A stretch of 63,904 nucleotides of DNA from Chiloscyllium plagiosum (lineage: Eukaryota). Positions 50,175 to 61,637 of this stretch are shown here, piece after piece. The position numbers were made by a program, and so were the translations under genes. The notes beneath the pieces are model-generated. The model was not told the DNA's origin. It saw only the letters and a list, made by a program, of their open reading frames with translations, and searched no databases. The DNA lies in the NCBI RefSeq assembly GCF_004010195.1, contig NC_057740.1:31563257-31627160 (forward strand), written 5' to 3'. Positions within the stretch are counted from its first letter, which is position 1. Each line of letters begins with the position of its first letter.

Positions 50175-51730
50175 ATAAGGACATAGAACAGTACACTCAG
50201 GAAAGGACCTTTCAGCCCATTATGTCTGTGCTGACCACAATGCCTTTCTAAGCTCATCCCATCTGCCTGCACATGGCCCATATCCTTGTATTCTCTGCCT
50301 GTTCATGTGTCTGTCTAAATGTGGATTAACTGTTGCTATTGTGTCTGCTTCGACTACCTTTCTTGGCAGCGCATTAGCCACCTATCGTCCTCTGTGTAAA
50401 AAACGTATCTCCTACACCTTCTTTAAACTTTCCACCTCTCACCTTAAACCTATGACCTCTGATATTTGACATTTCCAACCTAGGAAATAGACTTCAACTA
50501 TCCGCCCTATCCATGCCACCTATAATTTGATATACTTCTATCAGGTCACCCTTCAGCCTTCGACACTCTAGTGAAAACAATCCAAGTTTATCTAACCTCT
50601 TCTTAGAGCGAATACACTCCAATCCAGGCAACATTCTGGTAAACCTCTCTTGCAACCTCTGCATAGCCTCCACAACCTTCCAATAGTTTGGTGACCAGAA
50701 CTCCAAGTGTGGACAAAGTAAAGTTTTATACAGCTGCAACAGGACTTGCCAACTTTTATACTCAGTGCTTGAATCGATGAAGGTACACATACCACATGCT
50801 TTCTTTACCACTGATCCACTTGTGTTGCTCCTTTCATGGAGCTATGGACATGCACCCCAAAGTTCCTTTGTACATCAATGCTCCTCTGGGTCCTGTCATT
50901 TACTGCTTTCCTCATGCGTTTGACCTCCCAAAATGAGTCACCTCATACTTGTCCAGATGAAACTTCATCTGTCATTTCTCTGCTCAGCTTTCGAACTGAT
51001 CTATATCCTGCTGCATCCTTTGATAACCCTCCTCACTGTCCATAACTCCACCAACTTTCATGCAGCCTGTAAACTCACTAATCCGACAATCTATGTGTTC
51101 TTCTAAATCATTTATATATTACAATCAACAGAGGTGCCAGCACTGATCCTTGTGAAACACCATTTGTCACAGACTTCAGTCAGAAAAGCATCCCTCCACA
51201 ATTACCTTCTGCCTTCTTTGACCAAGCCAATTTTATATCCAACTTACAAACTCATACTCCTTGCATTAAAGTAGATACACTTCAGGCTGCCAGTCCTGCC
51301 TGTTCTTCCTACTGGACTTACCTGATTTAGTCCTCTCTTCGCTTCAAGCACTCCACATGCTGAGCCTACTTTTCAGGTCCTGCTTTTCAATTTTCCACCT
51401 AACTCCCTAAATTCCCTTTTCAGGCCTCATCTCTCCTTCTGTCTATGATATTAGTTCCAGTATGGACCATGGCCTCCGGCTGCTCAGGCTCCCCTATTGG
51501 AATATCTGTACCCACTCGGAGACATCCTTGATCCTGGTACCAGGGAGGCAACACATCATCCTGCAATCTTACTCACAGACACAGAAATGTCTATCTGTGC
51601 ACCTGACTATTTCATTACTGCACACCTACACTTGATGCTCTCGCCTCTACAACAGAACCAATTGTGGTACCACTGATCTGGCTACTGCTGTTGCTTTCCC
51701 TGAAAGGCCATCCCTAACAGTATTCAAATA
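50175..51730 (-). mobile_element. CR1 LINE: tail, ORF2 C-terminal half, then an internal deletion joining an ORF1 (SGNH/esterase-like) fragment
   Basis: ORF 50494-50811 LQLYKTLLCPHLE..RFTRMLPGL. About 51520-51560 (rc) reads RMMCCLPGTRIKDV. Confidence 0.85.
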
Positions 51731-52964
51731 AAGTGAAAATTGAGAAATTTGCTCCCAACGTCCTGAATACTATCTCAGTGTAAGGTGCAGTCACTGCAAA
51801 ACCAATTGATTGTTTTTGAAATGACTATTTTCATTCACATATCCCTCACTGGGTCCGATCCTTCCTTTACAGCCTCCAATGGCCCAGCTTGCAACTTCTG
51901 TGTATATTCAATTGCACATCTTCCCATTCCCTTTATTTTATTATCAGTCACAAAACCTTTAGCCATTATAGCCTTGCACTCTAGCAAAGCACTTGTTACC
52001 TTGTTTTTTCTACCTTCAAATTGCTCCTGAAGAACCTACTCCTCAACTGTGTTTGGTTGGCCCACTACAGACTCCAAACTCATGCTCAGCAGTCAATCCA
52101 TCTTCTTGTGAACTGTACTGCCATGTATTGCTATGGTTAAAGGAGTATGAGTACCCTTTGTAGTTGCACAATGTAAACTGGGCCTACAGTGAGTGTGGTT
52201 ACACATAATGTGAGAATGCAGGAAAAGGTACGTCATAACGTAGCTCCAGTTCACAATGGGCAGCATGGCTGGAATGGACCAGAAACAAGTACCCAATGTA
52301 AAACTTTGGTTTCCAAACATTTATGAGATGAACGAAAGGAGCCGAGGACCATTAGGTACAGAAGGAAGCCATTTAGCTTCGCAACCTCGATCCTTCATTC
52401 AATTAAATTATCCACATCTTAACTCTATTTCTCAGTCTTGACTCCATATTGTTGACACTTGTGCAGAAAAGGGTTGACTCTTGAATATGTTCATAGGAAG
52501 CTATCTCAATGATGAAGCCATGATCATACAATGGAGAGACCCTGAAGCAACAACTTAAACTTCATGCTTAATTCAAATCTACGGAGTTAGTTTAATATAA
52601 ATAAAATTTTAAAAGTACTAAGACTCTAGCCAGATCTCTAGCATAGAGCAGTGGACTCTAAAATCTTTGAAGACATCACACCACATCATCAGAAGTCTAT
52701 TAATGTCATTTTTGATGGTTCTAATTGTCCCATCATCCATATCCTTTTGGAACAGAGAATTCAACATTTCTCCTATGCTTTTTGATCTTGTACGGTAAGT
52801 CCCTTCATGTTTGAGTCTCCCGACCAGATTAAATAGTTTATCGATCTACTTGAAATCATTAAACGTATCCAACACCTCAATCAGGTCTCCATTAAATCTT
52901 TTAGATTGAAAGGAATACTAAGTTTGTGTAACCTGCCTTTGTCATATCATTGGTTAGAGACAAA

Positions 52965-53013
52965 GAGTGTGTATTTTACTGTTGTCATTGTAACAACAGT
53001 AAAATACACACTC
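52965..53013. repeat. Perfect 21-bp inverted repeat with 7-nt loop
   Basis: GAGTGTGTATTTTACTGTTGT-cattgta-ACAACAGTAAAATACACACTC. Confidence 0.9.
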
Positions 53014-53434
53014 AAGTTTGTCATTCAGTATTTTCTGTTCCTTGTCAGTTCCTGCAATGGTTTTAGAAGGGAAATGCCACCCGGTGTAAAGAGAAAGCCC
53101 CGAAATTTGATAATAATCCAAGCTAACCAACTTTACTACAACCATAGTGACAAAATTGGGCGGCTGTAATTGGTCTTAGGTGAGGGTAGAGGGTGAGCAG
53201 AGGATATTGGCTTTGGTCAAAGGTGGAGAATCCCAGTGTTGTGACTGCTATCTAGCAAAACTGGCTGCAAAGGTTAACAACTGCAGACATGACAGACTTA
53301 GTTGTGAGGGCCCCTGTAATGGAACAGACTGCTGAGAGCGATGACCAAAGTTCTTGGGTAAGGATAGAAGACTTGGCGTGGTGCCAAAAAGCAATTGGCA
53401 TTGGTTTAACTGTATTACATGAAATTATCAATGC

Positions 53435-53786
53435 AATGTCTTGCCCGGTGAAGTAGTTGATGCTACTTCATTAAACATTTTTAAAGCTAAGATAGATATT
53501 TTTTGAACAATAAAGGGATTAAGAGATGGTTTGGAGATGCCAGTGTTGGACTGGGGTGTACAAAGTTAAAAATCACACAACACCAGGTTATAGTCCAACA
53601 GGTTTAATTGGAAGCACTAGCTTTTGGAGCGCCGCTCCTTCATCAGGTGGTTGTGGAGGAATTAAGGGATACAGTGAGAGCGTGGGTAAGTGGAGCTGAG
53701 TCCACAAAAAGATCAGCCATGATCTTATTGAGAGGCGGAGTAGGCTCGAGGGGCCAGATGGCATACTCCTGCTCCTAGATCTTATG
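53435..53786 (+). mobile_element. CR1 3' end interrupted by a family D element
   Basis: LPGEVVDATSLNIFKAKID, with the 3' UTR resuming at about 53660. Confidence 0.85.
53524..53656 (-). mobile_element. PLE family D pLTR with hammerhead
   Basis: Reverse complement reads CAC-CTGATGA-A-GGAGC GGC GCTCC-AAAA-G-CTA-GTG (53615-53649). TSD AGG(G/A)ATTAAG at 53514-53523 / 53657-53666. Confidence 0.88.
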
Positions 53787-53879
53787 AAAGCTCAAAAGCC
53801 TTCAGAGGAGGCAAGAATAAAACCCCACTCATTGTAATCTGTGGAACAAGAATGTGGAGTGGAAAAGTGAGGAGGAAAA

Positions 53880-54092
53880 GTGTGAAGTTTGCACATTCTC
53901 CCTGTATCTGTGTGGGTTTCCTCCCACAATCCAAAGATGTGCAGGTTAGGTGAATTGGCCATACTAAACTGCCCATAGTGATAGGTGCATCAGTCAGAGG
54001 GAAATGGGTCTGGGTGGGTTACTCTTCAGAGGGTTGGTGTGGACTGATTGGGCCAAAGGGCCTGTTTCCATACTGTAGGGAATCTAATCTAA
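53880..54092 (+). mobile_element. HE1-type V-SINE, 5'-truncated
   Basis: V-domain gtttgcacattctccc...ccaaagatgtgcaggttagg and tail. Confidence 0.85.
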
Positions 54093-55789
54093 CAATATTG
54101 GATTCCACCATAAGTCCTAGATGTCATTTAAATAAAGATAAATCTACTAGGTTAATTTGAGTGATTGATATAGATGGATAATTTTATGTGCATGTTCATA
54201 AGGTCTTGAATAATGAGCATTATTATACAGATGCTCTCCTCTAAGAGGTTATGACTGGAAGAATTGGACCACACGCTACTGTAGTTTCAATTTAAAATGA
54301 TGAAACCCATACTGACTAAACCTATCACAAAGGGTTTTTTTAAAACGATCTTTATCTTGTTTTTGACAGCTTCTTGTCCCCTGTGTTTAGACATAGACAT
54401 CATTTTGACATCTTTCTTTACTGAAATTGGATTCAGTCATATTCAGTGCATGTTAGACTAGGCTACCTGCAGGACCTGCAAAAACACATCTCAGTGAATG
54501 AGGCCTTTATGCATTTATATGTGGCACTGACGAGAGGCCTTGTGCTGTTTGCTGCAGATTATTGAACAAACTGAGCAAGATAATAACAAATTCCTTACGC
54601 TCAACGATAAATCAAGCAAGAGAAATGTACCAGAGAGCACCCAGGTGGCCAATAAAACGATGGGGATGCAAGTCTCATTCTGAGGGAGTTCGCTGTAAAA
54701 ACATGATTTATTGCTAATGACAGATTTAATATATTAAAAAAAATGTGCCTGCTACATCGACTCAGAGTGGAGCAAAAAACATTTAAAATATGTGAAGGCA
54801 TTTTGTTTTATTTGGCCTTCAGCTCTCTGACTCTGCCCTCGTCAGTTCTGCAAATATTAAAAAAGGAGAAAGACTTGCTATGTTGGGCTGTTTTAAAAAA
54901 ATAGAGCCAGTGCTATATTATAACAAACTCTGCCATTCCTACTTACCCCTTTAATAATAATCTTTTCCTGTGGTCCTGGCAAATCTTGCCTCTTAATCGA
55001 CAGAGAAGCTCAAACTCAAAACGATTGTCACTTTGCAGAAATGTTCCCTATCGGATTGCACGAGGAAGGCTTGGCTATAGATAATGCAGAAAAGGGAAGG
55101 TCATGCATTAAGGATTATTTGCCAAAGTATGTGTTTTCAGGTACACAGCCGTCAAAGACGTGCGATGGACATGGGTGGTCCAGGTGCCTCTCCTACTCTG
55201 GCCTTGGCTGTTAAACCTCTGGTTTCCCAGTCCCAATAAAACTTATTGCAATCCCGCCATCTGGACAGATATCACTTTAACTACCTGCTGTTATAGAAAA
55301 ACAGAACTGCACAGTTTCCCCATTAAAAATGCAATAGTTACAAACTATTACAATCACTTCTTGGTGGTGTAAGTGAGCAGGTGATGGGGTAGATTGGTAA
55401 CTGGAGTAATTTTCCAATTTCACGCTCCAACTCATCAGGGCCTGGAAGTGAAAAATTATCCTTGCATTTATTTCCCACCTTTATGGCTTGGGGGATGAAA
55501 CTTTTTTTTGTTTCTCTGCAGTTCTCCCGCTGAATAATCATTCTTCATGTGTCACCACAGTGTGTATGAAAAACCTATCCAGCCATAGGACTGCACAAAC
55601 AAGCCAATCTTGCCCTTGCCCTCGGTGCAAAGGGAGGCCCTGTCAGAACGAAGATTGATAGCCTTTCTCTTCTCCTGCTGCCACCCTAGCTATAATCAGC
55701 GAACTCAGGAATCGAACTTCAGACCCTCCAGTTTGCATTGTGCTGCACTACCTCCAGGGCAGGAATAGAAATCACCAAACCCTCAAACT

Positions 55790-56038
55790 TTACCAGCTGG
55801 AAGCCCCAACATGGTAGCACCACCACCTGCAATTTTCCTTCCAACTCACTCACCATCCTGACTTGGAACTCATTGTTCCCTCAATGTTGCAGGGTCAAAT
55901 CCCAGAAACTCCTTCCTAACAACACTCTGGGTGTCCTTACACCACAAGGACTTGCAGCGTTTTAAGAAACAGCTCGCCGCTACTTTCTCAGGGCAATAAA
56001 TGATGGCCCAGCAAATGACATCCACATGAAAATGAATA
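55790..56038 (+). mobile_element. L2-type LINE 3' tail
   Basis: Homolog of 5800-6060. Confidence 0.7.
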
Positions 56039-56345
56039 TTCTAAAAAATTCAAGCTGAAGAAGCAGTAATTTGACAGACGACTGGTGGAACAGCTGGTGT
56101 GATATGTACACATGGATGCAAAAAAAAGGTAGTCTTCAAGATAGTAGTTCAGGCACTTTGGGGTGGACATTGGACTTGCTGCTCAGGTGTAAAATTTCAA
56201 TACAGCGCAGCCATCCATTATAGAAACAGCCTAGTTTTAACTTCCATTGAAATCCAGTGTAAAATTGTTTGGTTCCTTCATCTACTGTGCCAGTTTTATC
56301 TTGAAAACCTTCCCAATCTTCAGAGATGAATGAAGGGAAACAGTA

Positions 56346-56560
56346 CAAGGCGACCCCAGTATCTGCAGAATCGTTTTCCGCAGTTTCAGTTACCCATGGT
56401 TTACTGCGGCCCGAACATATTATAGGGAACCTTCTGGAACCAGAAACCAGCAGGCTGTCGGGAAGATAAATTTCCCATTGAAACGAATTGGTTCACTCCT
56501 ACCCATGGTCTCAGGCTTCTGTTCCTAAACGTATCCCCTGCAGGTACGGGGGGACTACTG
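56346..56560. mobile_element. Tigger/pogo-like MITE
   Basis: TA flanks at 56344-45 and 56561-62. Imperfect TIRs CAAGGCGACCCCAGTATCTGCAG and (rc) CAGTAGTCCCCCCGTACCTGCAG. Confidence 0.65.
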
Positions 56561-56749
56561 TACTCTGTTGATGACCAATGTAATTTTGACATTGTGACTA
56601 CTTATGGTGAGTGCTAATAGCTATGGCAATAACCAGTTCAAGGTAAACCACTTAGACTAGCTAAAGGTAACATGCACTCATATACACAGACCCATCCTGC
56701 ACAAACAAAGGTAACATGCTTAAGATTTGACCCTTTTCGGAATAGCTCT

Positions 56750-57520
56750 TAGGCTCAAGGGATCAAAGGGAATCAGTGGTAGACACTCCTCTGTGGAGAC
56801 ATACCTGACACATTGGAAGATGGTCGTGATTGTTGGAAGTCAATTATCTCAGCTCTAGTACATCTCTGTGGGAATTCATCAGGATAGTGTACTAGGCCCA
56901 ACTATCTTCAGTTGTGTCATCAATGACCTTTGCTCTATCATAAGGACAGAAGTTGAGTTGTTTGCTGATGATTGCTCAATCTTCAGCACCATTTGTGACT
57001 CCTTAGATACTGAAGCAGTCCATGTTCAAATGCAACAAGATCTGGACAATAGCCAGGCTTGGGCTGACAAGTGGCAAGTAACATCGCACCAGGCTATGAC
57101 CATCAAATGCCAGGCTATGTCCATGACCAATAAGAGACAATATAACCACCATCCCTAGATATTAAGTAGTGTAACCATCACTGAACTCCCCATTATTAAC
57201 ATCCTGGGGGTATCATTGACCAGAAACTCAACTGGACTCATTATATAATAATATTGGCCACAAGAAAGGTCAGAAACTAGGAATACTGCGGTGAGTAACT
57301 CATTACCTGATTCTCCAAAGCCTGTCCACCACCTGTAAGGCACAAGTCAGGAGCATGATGGAATACTCCCCACTTTTGAAAATATATCACTGCTCCTTCA
57401 CTGTCACCGAGTCAAAATAAGGACTTTGTAGGTGTACCTACAGCACATGGACTGCAGCAGTTCTCAGAGGCAACTAGGAATAAGCAATAAATGTTGGTTA
57501 ACTTGTAATGCACAAGTGGA
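56750..57520 (+). mobile_element. L2-type LINE RT fragment plus 3' end
   Basis: GIHQDSVLGPTIFSCVINDL...LFADDC...QQDLDNSQAWADKWQV, followed by the 3' region shared with 5505-6070. Confidence 0.9.
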
Positions 57521-57687
57521 TAAGTAAAAGTTAAAGCATATGAAGAAAAAGCAGGAACAGATTATTAAAGTGGATGATCAGCCATGAACATATTGAAAGG
57601 CATAGCAGGGTCAAAGAGCTGAATGGTCTGCTCCTTCTCCTATTTTCTCCATTTCTATGAATTAGCTGGGAGCTTGGACAACCAAGG

Positions 57688-58003
57688 GGATGGCATGGTG
57701 TCTCAGTGGCTAGCACTGCTGCCTCACAGTGCCAGGGACCTGGGTTCGATTCCAGCCTAGGGCGACTGTCTGTGTGGAGTTTGCACATTCTCCCCATGTC
57801 TGTGTGGGTTTCCTCTGGGTGTTCCAGTTTCCTCCTACAGTCCAAAGATGTGCAGGTCAGGTGGATTGGCCATGGTAAAATTGCCCATAGTGTGCAGGAT
57901 GTGTAGGTTAGTCAGGGGTAAATGTAGGGGGATGGGATATTCTTCAGAGGGTTGGTGTGGACTTGTTGGGCTAAAGGGCCTGTTTCCACACTGTAGGGAT
58001 TCT
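57688..58003 (+). mobile_element. HE1-type V-SINE, near full length
   Basis: tRNA head with B-box GGTTCGATTCC, V-domain and CR1-type tail. Confidence 0.93.
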
Positions 58004-58639
58004 TTAAAAAAAACCTACAGATAGATCTCTATTGGTAAAACTTGGCTAATTTGTTGACATGAAATTTTACATGCTTACATTTCTCTTGTAGGATGCAAAA
58101 TTAAAAGTTTTGGCAACATGTCTTTCTTTTTAGAAGTATTCAATTCTGTACGACCAAACTGATTGTTGCTTTTCAGGTTATAATTCTCATTCATTCACTC
58201 TCAGAATGAGATCCATCTGGTGTCACCTTCAGTGAAGTCTTCCGTGCACATTTTTTGTTGGTTTGTTTTATGGGAAAAGATGACACCCTATCAGTTAAGT
58301 GTACAGTTTCCTTGAACATTTACTTTTTTTCCATGAAGTTAGCATTTTTACTACAGATTAGATATACTTGAGGCCTCGTCTAAACTGAAGGTCGGCAGCT
58401 GTGTGATTTGGAATGATAGCAGCAATGCTGTAGTAAACATTCGGGGCTACCACGGAGGAGGATTCTTGACTTTTGTGGAAAGTCGTGGGTTTTATCAGCC
58501 GAGAAGAACAGATGCAATGAGATCATCCTTGGAAGACAGACCCCCTGTTTCAGTGTATTTGATTTTTGCAACACTTGACTTATTTGTGCAACAAGTGTCA
58601 TTCAATTTAACATACAATTTTCCATCCGAACGTTTCAGA

Positions 58640-59548
58640 GTTAGAACATAGAACATAGAACAATACAGCGCAGAACAGGCCCTTCGGCCCTCGATGTTGT
58701 GCCGACCTGTGAACTATTCTCAGCTCGTCCCCCTACACTATTCCATCATAATCCATGTGCTTATCTAAGGATTGTTTAAATCTCCCTAAAGTGGCTGAGT
58801 TGACTACGTTAGCAGGTAGGTTATTCCATGCCCTTACCACTCTCTGTGTAAAGAACCTGCCTCTGACATCTGTCTTAAATCTATCACCCTGCAATTTGTA
58901 GTCATGCTTCCTTGTACAAGCTGACGTCATCATCCTAGGAAAAAGACTTTCACTGTCTACCCTATCTAATCCACTGATCATCTTGTATGTCTCTATCAAA
59001 TCCCCTCTTAGCCTTCGTCTTGCCAATGAGAACAGGTTCAAGTTCCCCTCTTGAATCCCCTCTTAGCCTTTCCTCATAAGACCTTCCCTCCAGACCAGGC
59101 AACATCCTGGTAAATCTCCTCTGCACCTTTTCCAATGCTTTCACATCCTTCCCAAAATATGGGGACCAGAACTGTACACAATATTCCAAGTGTGGCCGCA
59201 CCAGCATTTTGTATAGTTGCAGCATGATATTGCAGCTCCGGAACGCAATCCCTCTACGAATGAAACCTAACACACCGTATGCCTTCATAACAGCACTATC
59301 CACCTGGGTGGCAACTTTCAGGGATCTATGTACATGGACTCCAAGATCCCTCTGTACATCCACACTATCAAGAATCTTTCCATTGACCCAGTACTCTGCC
59401 TTCCTGTTATTCTTCCCAAAGTGCATCACCTCACATTTAGCTGCATTGAACTCCATTTGCCATTTCTCAGCCTAATTCTGCAATTTATCCAAGTCCCCCT
59501 GCAACCTGTAACATTCGTCCAAACTGTCCACTACTCCACCGTCTTTAG
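58640..59548 (-). mobile_element. CR1 LINE 3' fragment
   Basis: ORFs 58962-59456 and 58733-59041 (MEFNAAKCEVMHFG..., RPHLEYCVQFWSP, WNNLP) and (agaacat)n tail. Confidence 0.96.
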
Positions 59549-60224
59549 TTCTCAGACTCCATTAGTTTGCAGTTGTGGGGTGGGGTTGGGGAGGTTGTTG
59601 TTGGGTATGTACTTGACTTTAATATGGGGATAAAAGCAGGAAAAGAAAATTTAACCAATTCTCATCAGATTCTTCTATCTATTTTGCTCCCTGCCAAAAC
59701 TCCCTTGTATTATTACATGTTGTACCATGCTGAAGGTGTACCTTGCCTTTAAGATGGTTCATCTTTAAGGGGTCTGCATGTTGTATGTATACAATGTTGT
59801 GCATCTGCATGCTGAGAGTTTGCAAGCTGTGAGCGCAGAAATCAGTTGGTACACTATAATGTTGGTTTTATAACTTACAATGTGTTTTACTTACTTAAAT
59901 GACTAGCCCACAGAGTTCATCAATCCTTGAAGTACATTGATTATTAGATGGCTGTATCAATGTGACAAGAAACATGTCATTCAGACCAACTGCTCCAGGC
60001 CAGAACCATTTCTCACCCATCTTTGCTTAACTCAATCTTCTGTTAAATTAACCCCATTTCCATGAAATACATTAGCATAAAAGATATCCCTTCAGTGCAG
60101 TAGAAATTGGTGGAACAACACTTGCACCGAAGCATAGAATCTATAATAGGTATTAAAATAGTTTTAGCCAATGCCAGATAGAAGAAAAACAACTCACGGA
60201 ACAGTCTGTGCTTTTACACCAGCC

Positions 60225-60790
60225 TTTCAGTGCTGCTTAAGACACTTGTTAAACCTCAGCTGGAGTCTTGTGTACAATTCTGAGCAGTGCATTGTGGGAA
60301 GGATGAGAACACATTGGAGGGAGCACAGAAACAATTCACAGGAATGACTTCAGGGATGAGAAACTTCAGCTATAAGGATAGATTGGAGAAGTTGGGACTG
60401 TTCCTGTAAGAAAGAAGACAGCTAACTTGAAATCTGATAAAGATTTTCAAAATCATAAATAGTCTCAATAGAATACACAGGCAAAATTGTTTCCATATGT
60501 AAAAGGAACAGGAACAAAAAGGTATAGATTAAGCAAGCAAAGGTGAACAAACAAGGATAAATTGAGGAAAAACTTTTTTCTCAGTTAGTATATGGAAAAC
60601 AGCGTCTGGAAAGGTGTGGAGACGGTTTCAATTGAAGTATTCAAGAGGGTATTGGATGATTATTTGGATAAAAATAATGTGTGGGGATAAAGCAGGAGAT
60701 TGGCACTTGATAATGATGCTCATAGTGAGTCAGTCTAGGCACGATGGGCTAAATGGCTGCCTTCTGTGTCATAACGTTTCTGTGATTCTG
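60225..60790 (+). mobile_element. Old CR1 3' fragment
   Basis: aaacctcagctggagtcttgtgtacaattctg (PQLESCVQF) and tail ctgtgattct. Confidence 0.8.
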
Positions 60791-61199
60791 GCAACTATTG
60801 AATAGGCCTTCTTCATGTAAGTGTTGGATGAGTGAGATCAGTGGGTGAGTGGGTGAAGTTGGAAACAATGGGAAAGGAAGTGGGGTGTTATCTATTTAAG
60901 GTGGTATTCTCCCAGTTGACTATTCGCAATACCTTGCAATATTTGGTAAATAGGGTGGCATTTTCTTGCATTGTGCTCCTTGTCACAGAATTATCACTTA
61001 TACTAGATTGCTAAGTAGTATAAGTTCAACTTAGAAAATCTCAAGCAAGTTTACTGAACAGGCAAACTGATACCTTGCAGTTACAGAGCAACTTCTGTCC
61101 ACATCCCTAATTCAGCACGCTCCACATATGGTGTCATCCAACCTTGGCTAATAAGCACAGTCAGCTGTTAAGGCAGTGATACAACAGGTATGTGGTGAT

Positions 61200-61637
61200 A
61201 GAGATGTAGAGGTGTACAGCAAGAAACAGACCCTTCAGTCCCACTCATCCACGCCATCCAGATTTTCTAAACTAATTTGGCCCATAACCTTCCAAACCCT
61301 TCCTATTCCATATATCCATCCAAATGCCTTTTAAATGTTGTAACTGCATCAGCCTCCACCACTTCCTCTGGCAACTCATTCTATACTCGCACCACTATCT
61401 GCATGAAAAAATTGCCCCTCAGATCCCTTTTAAAATTTTCCTCTCTCACCTTAAATGTATACTCTCTAGTTTTGTACTCCCCTACCTTAAGGAAAAGATC
61501 TTGACTATTCACCCTATCCATGTCTTTCATGATTTTATAATCTTCTTTAAGGTCACTGCTCAGTCTCTGATGCTCCAGGGAAATTAGCCCCAAGCTTCTT
61601 CAGCCTCTCCCTATAGCTCAAACCCTCCAAACCTGGT
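61200..61637 (-). mobile_element. CR1 3' fragment
   Basis: GLISLEHQRLSSDL...RDLRGNFF. Confidence 0.88.

Noticed and set aside
57688-57760. tRNA gene (A/B boxes), and similar heads at 6690-6765, 31045 and 63483
   Set aside because: These heads run directly into the SINE V-domain and tail, with no complete cloverleaf or terminator.
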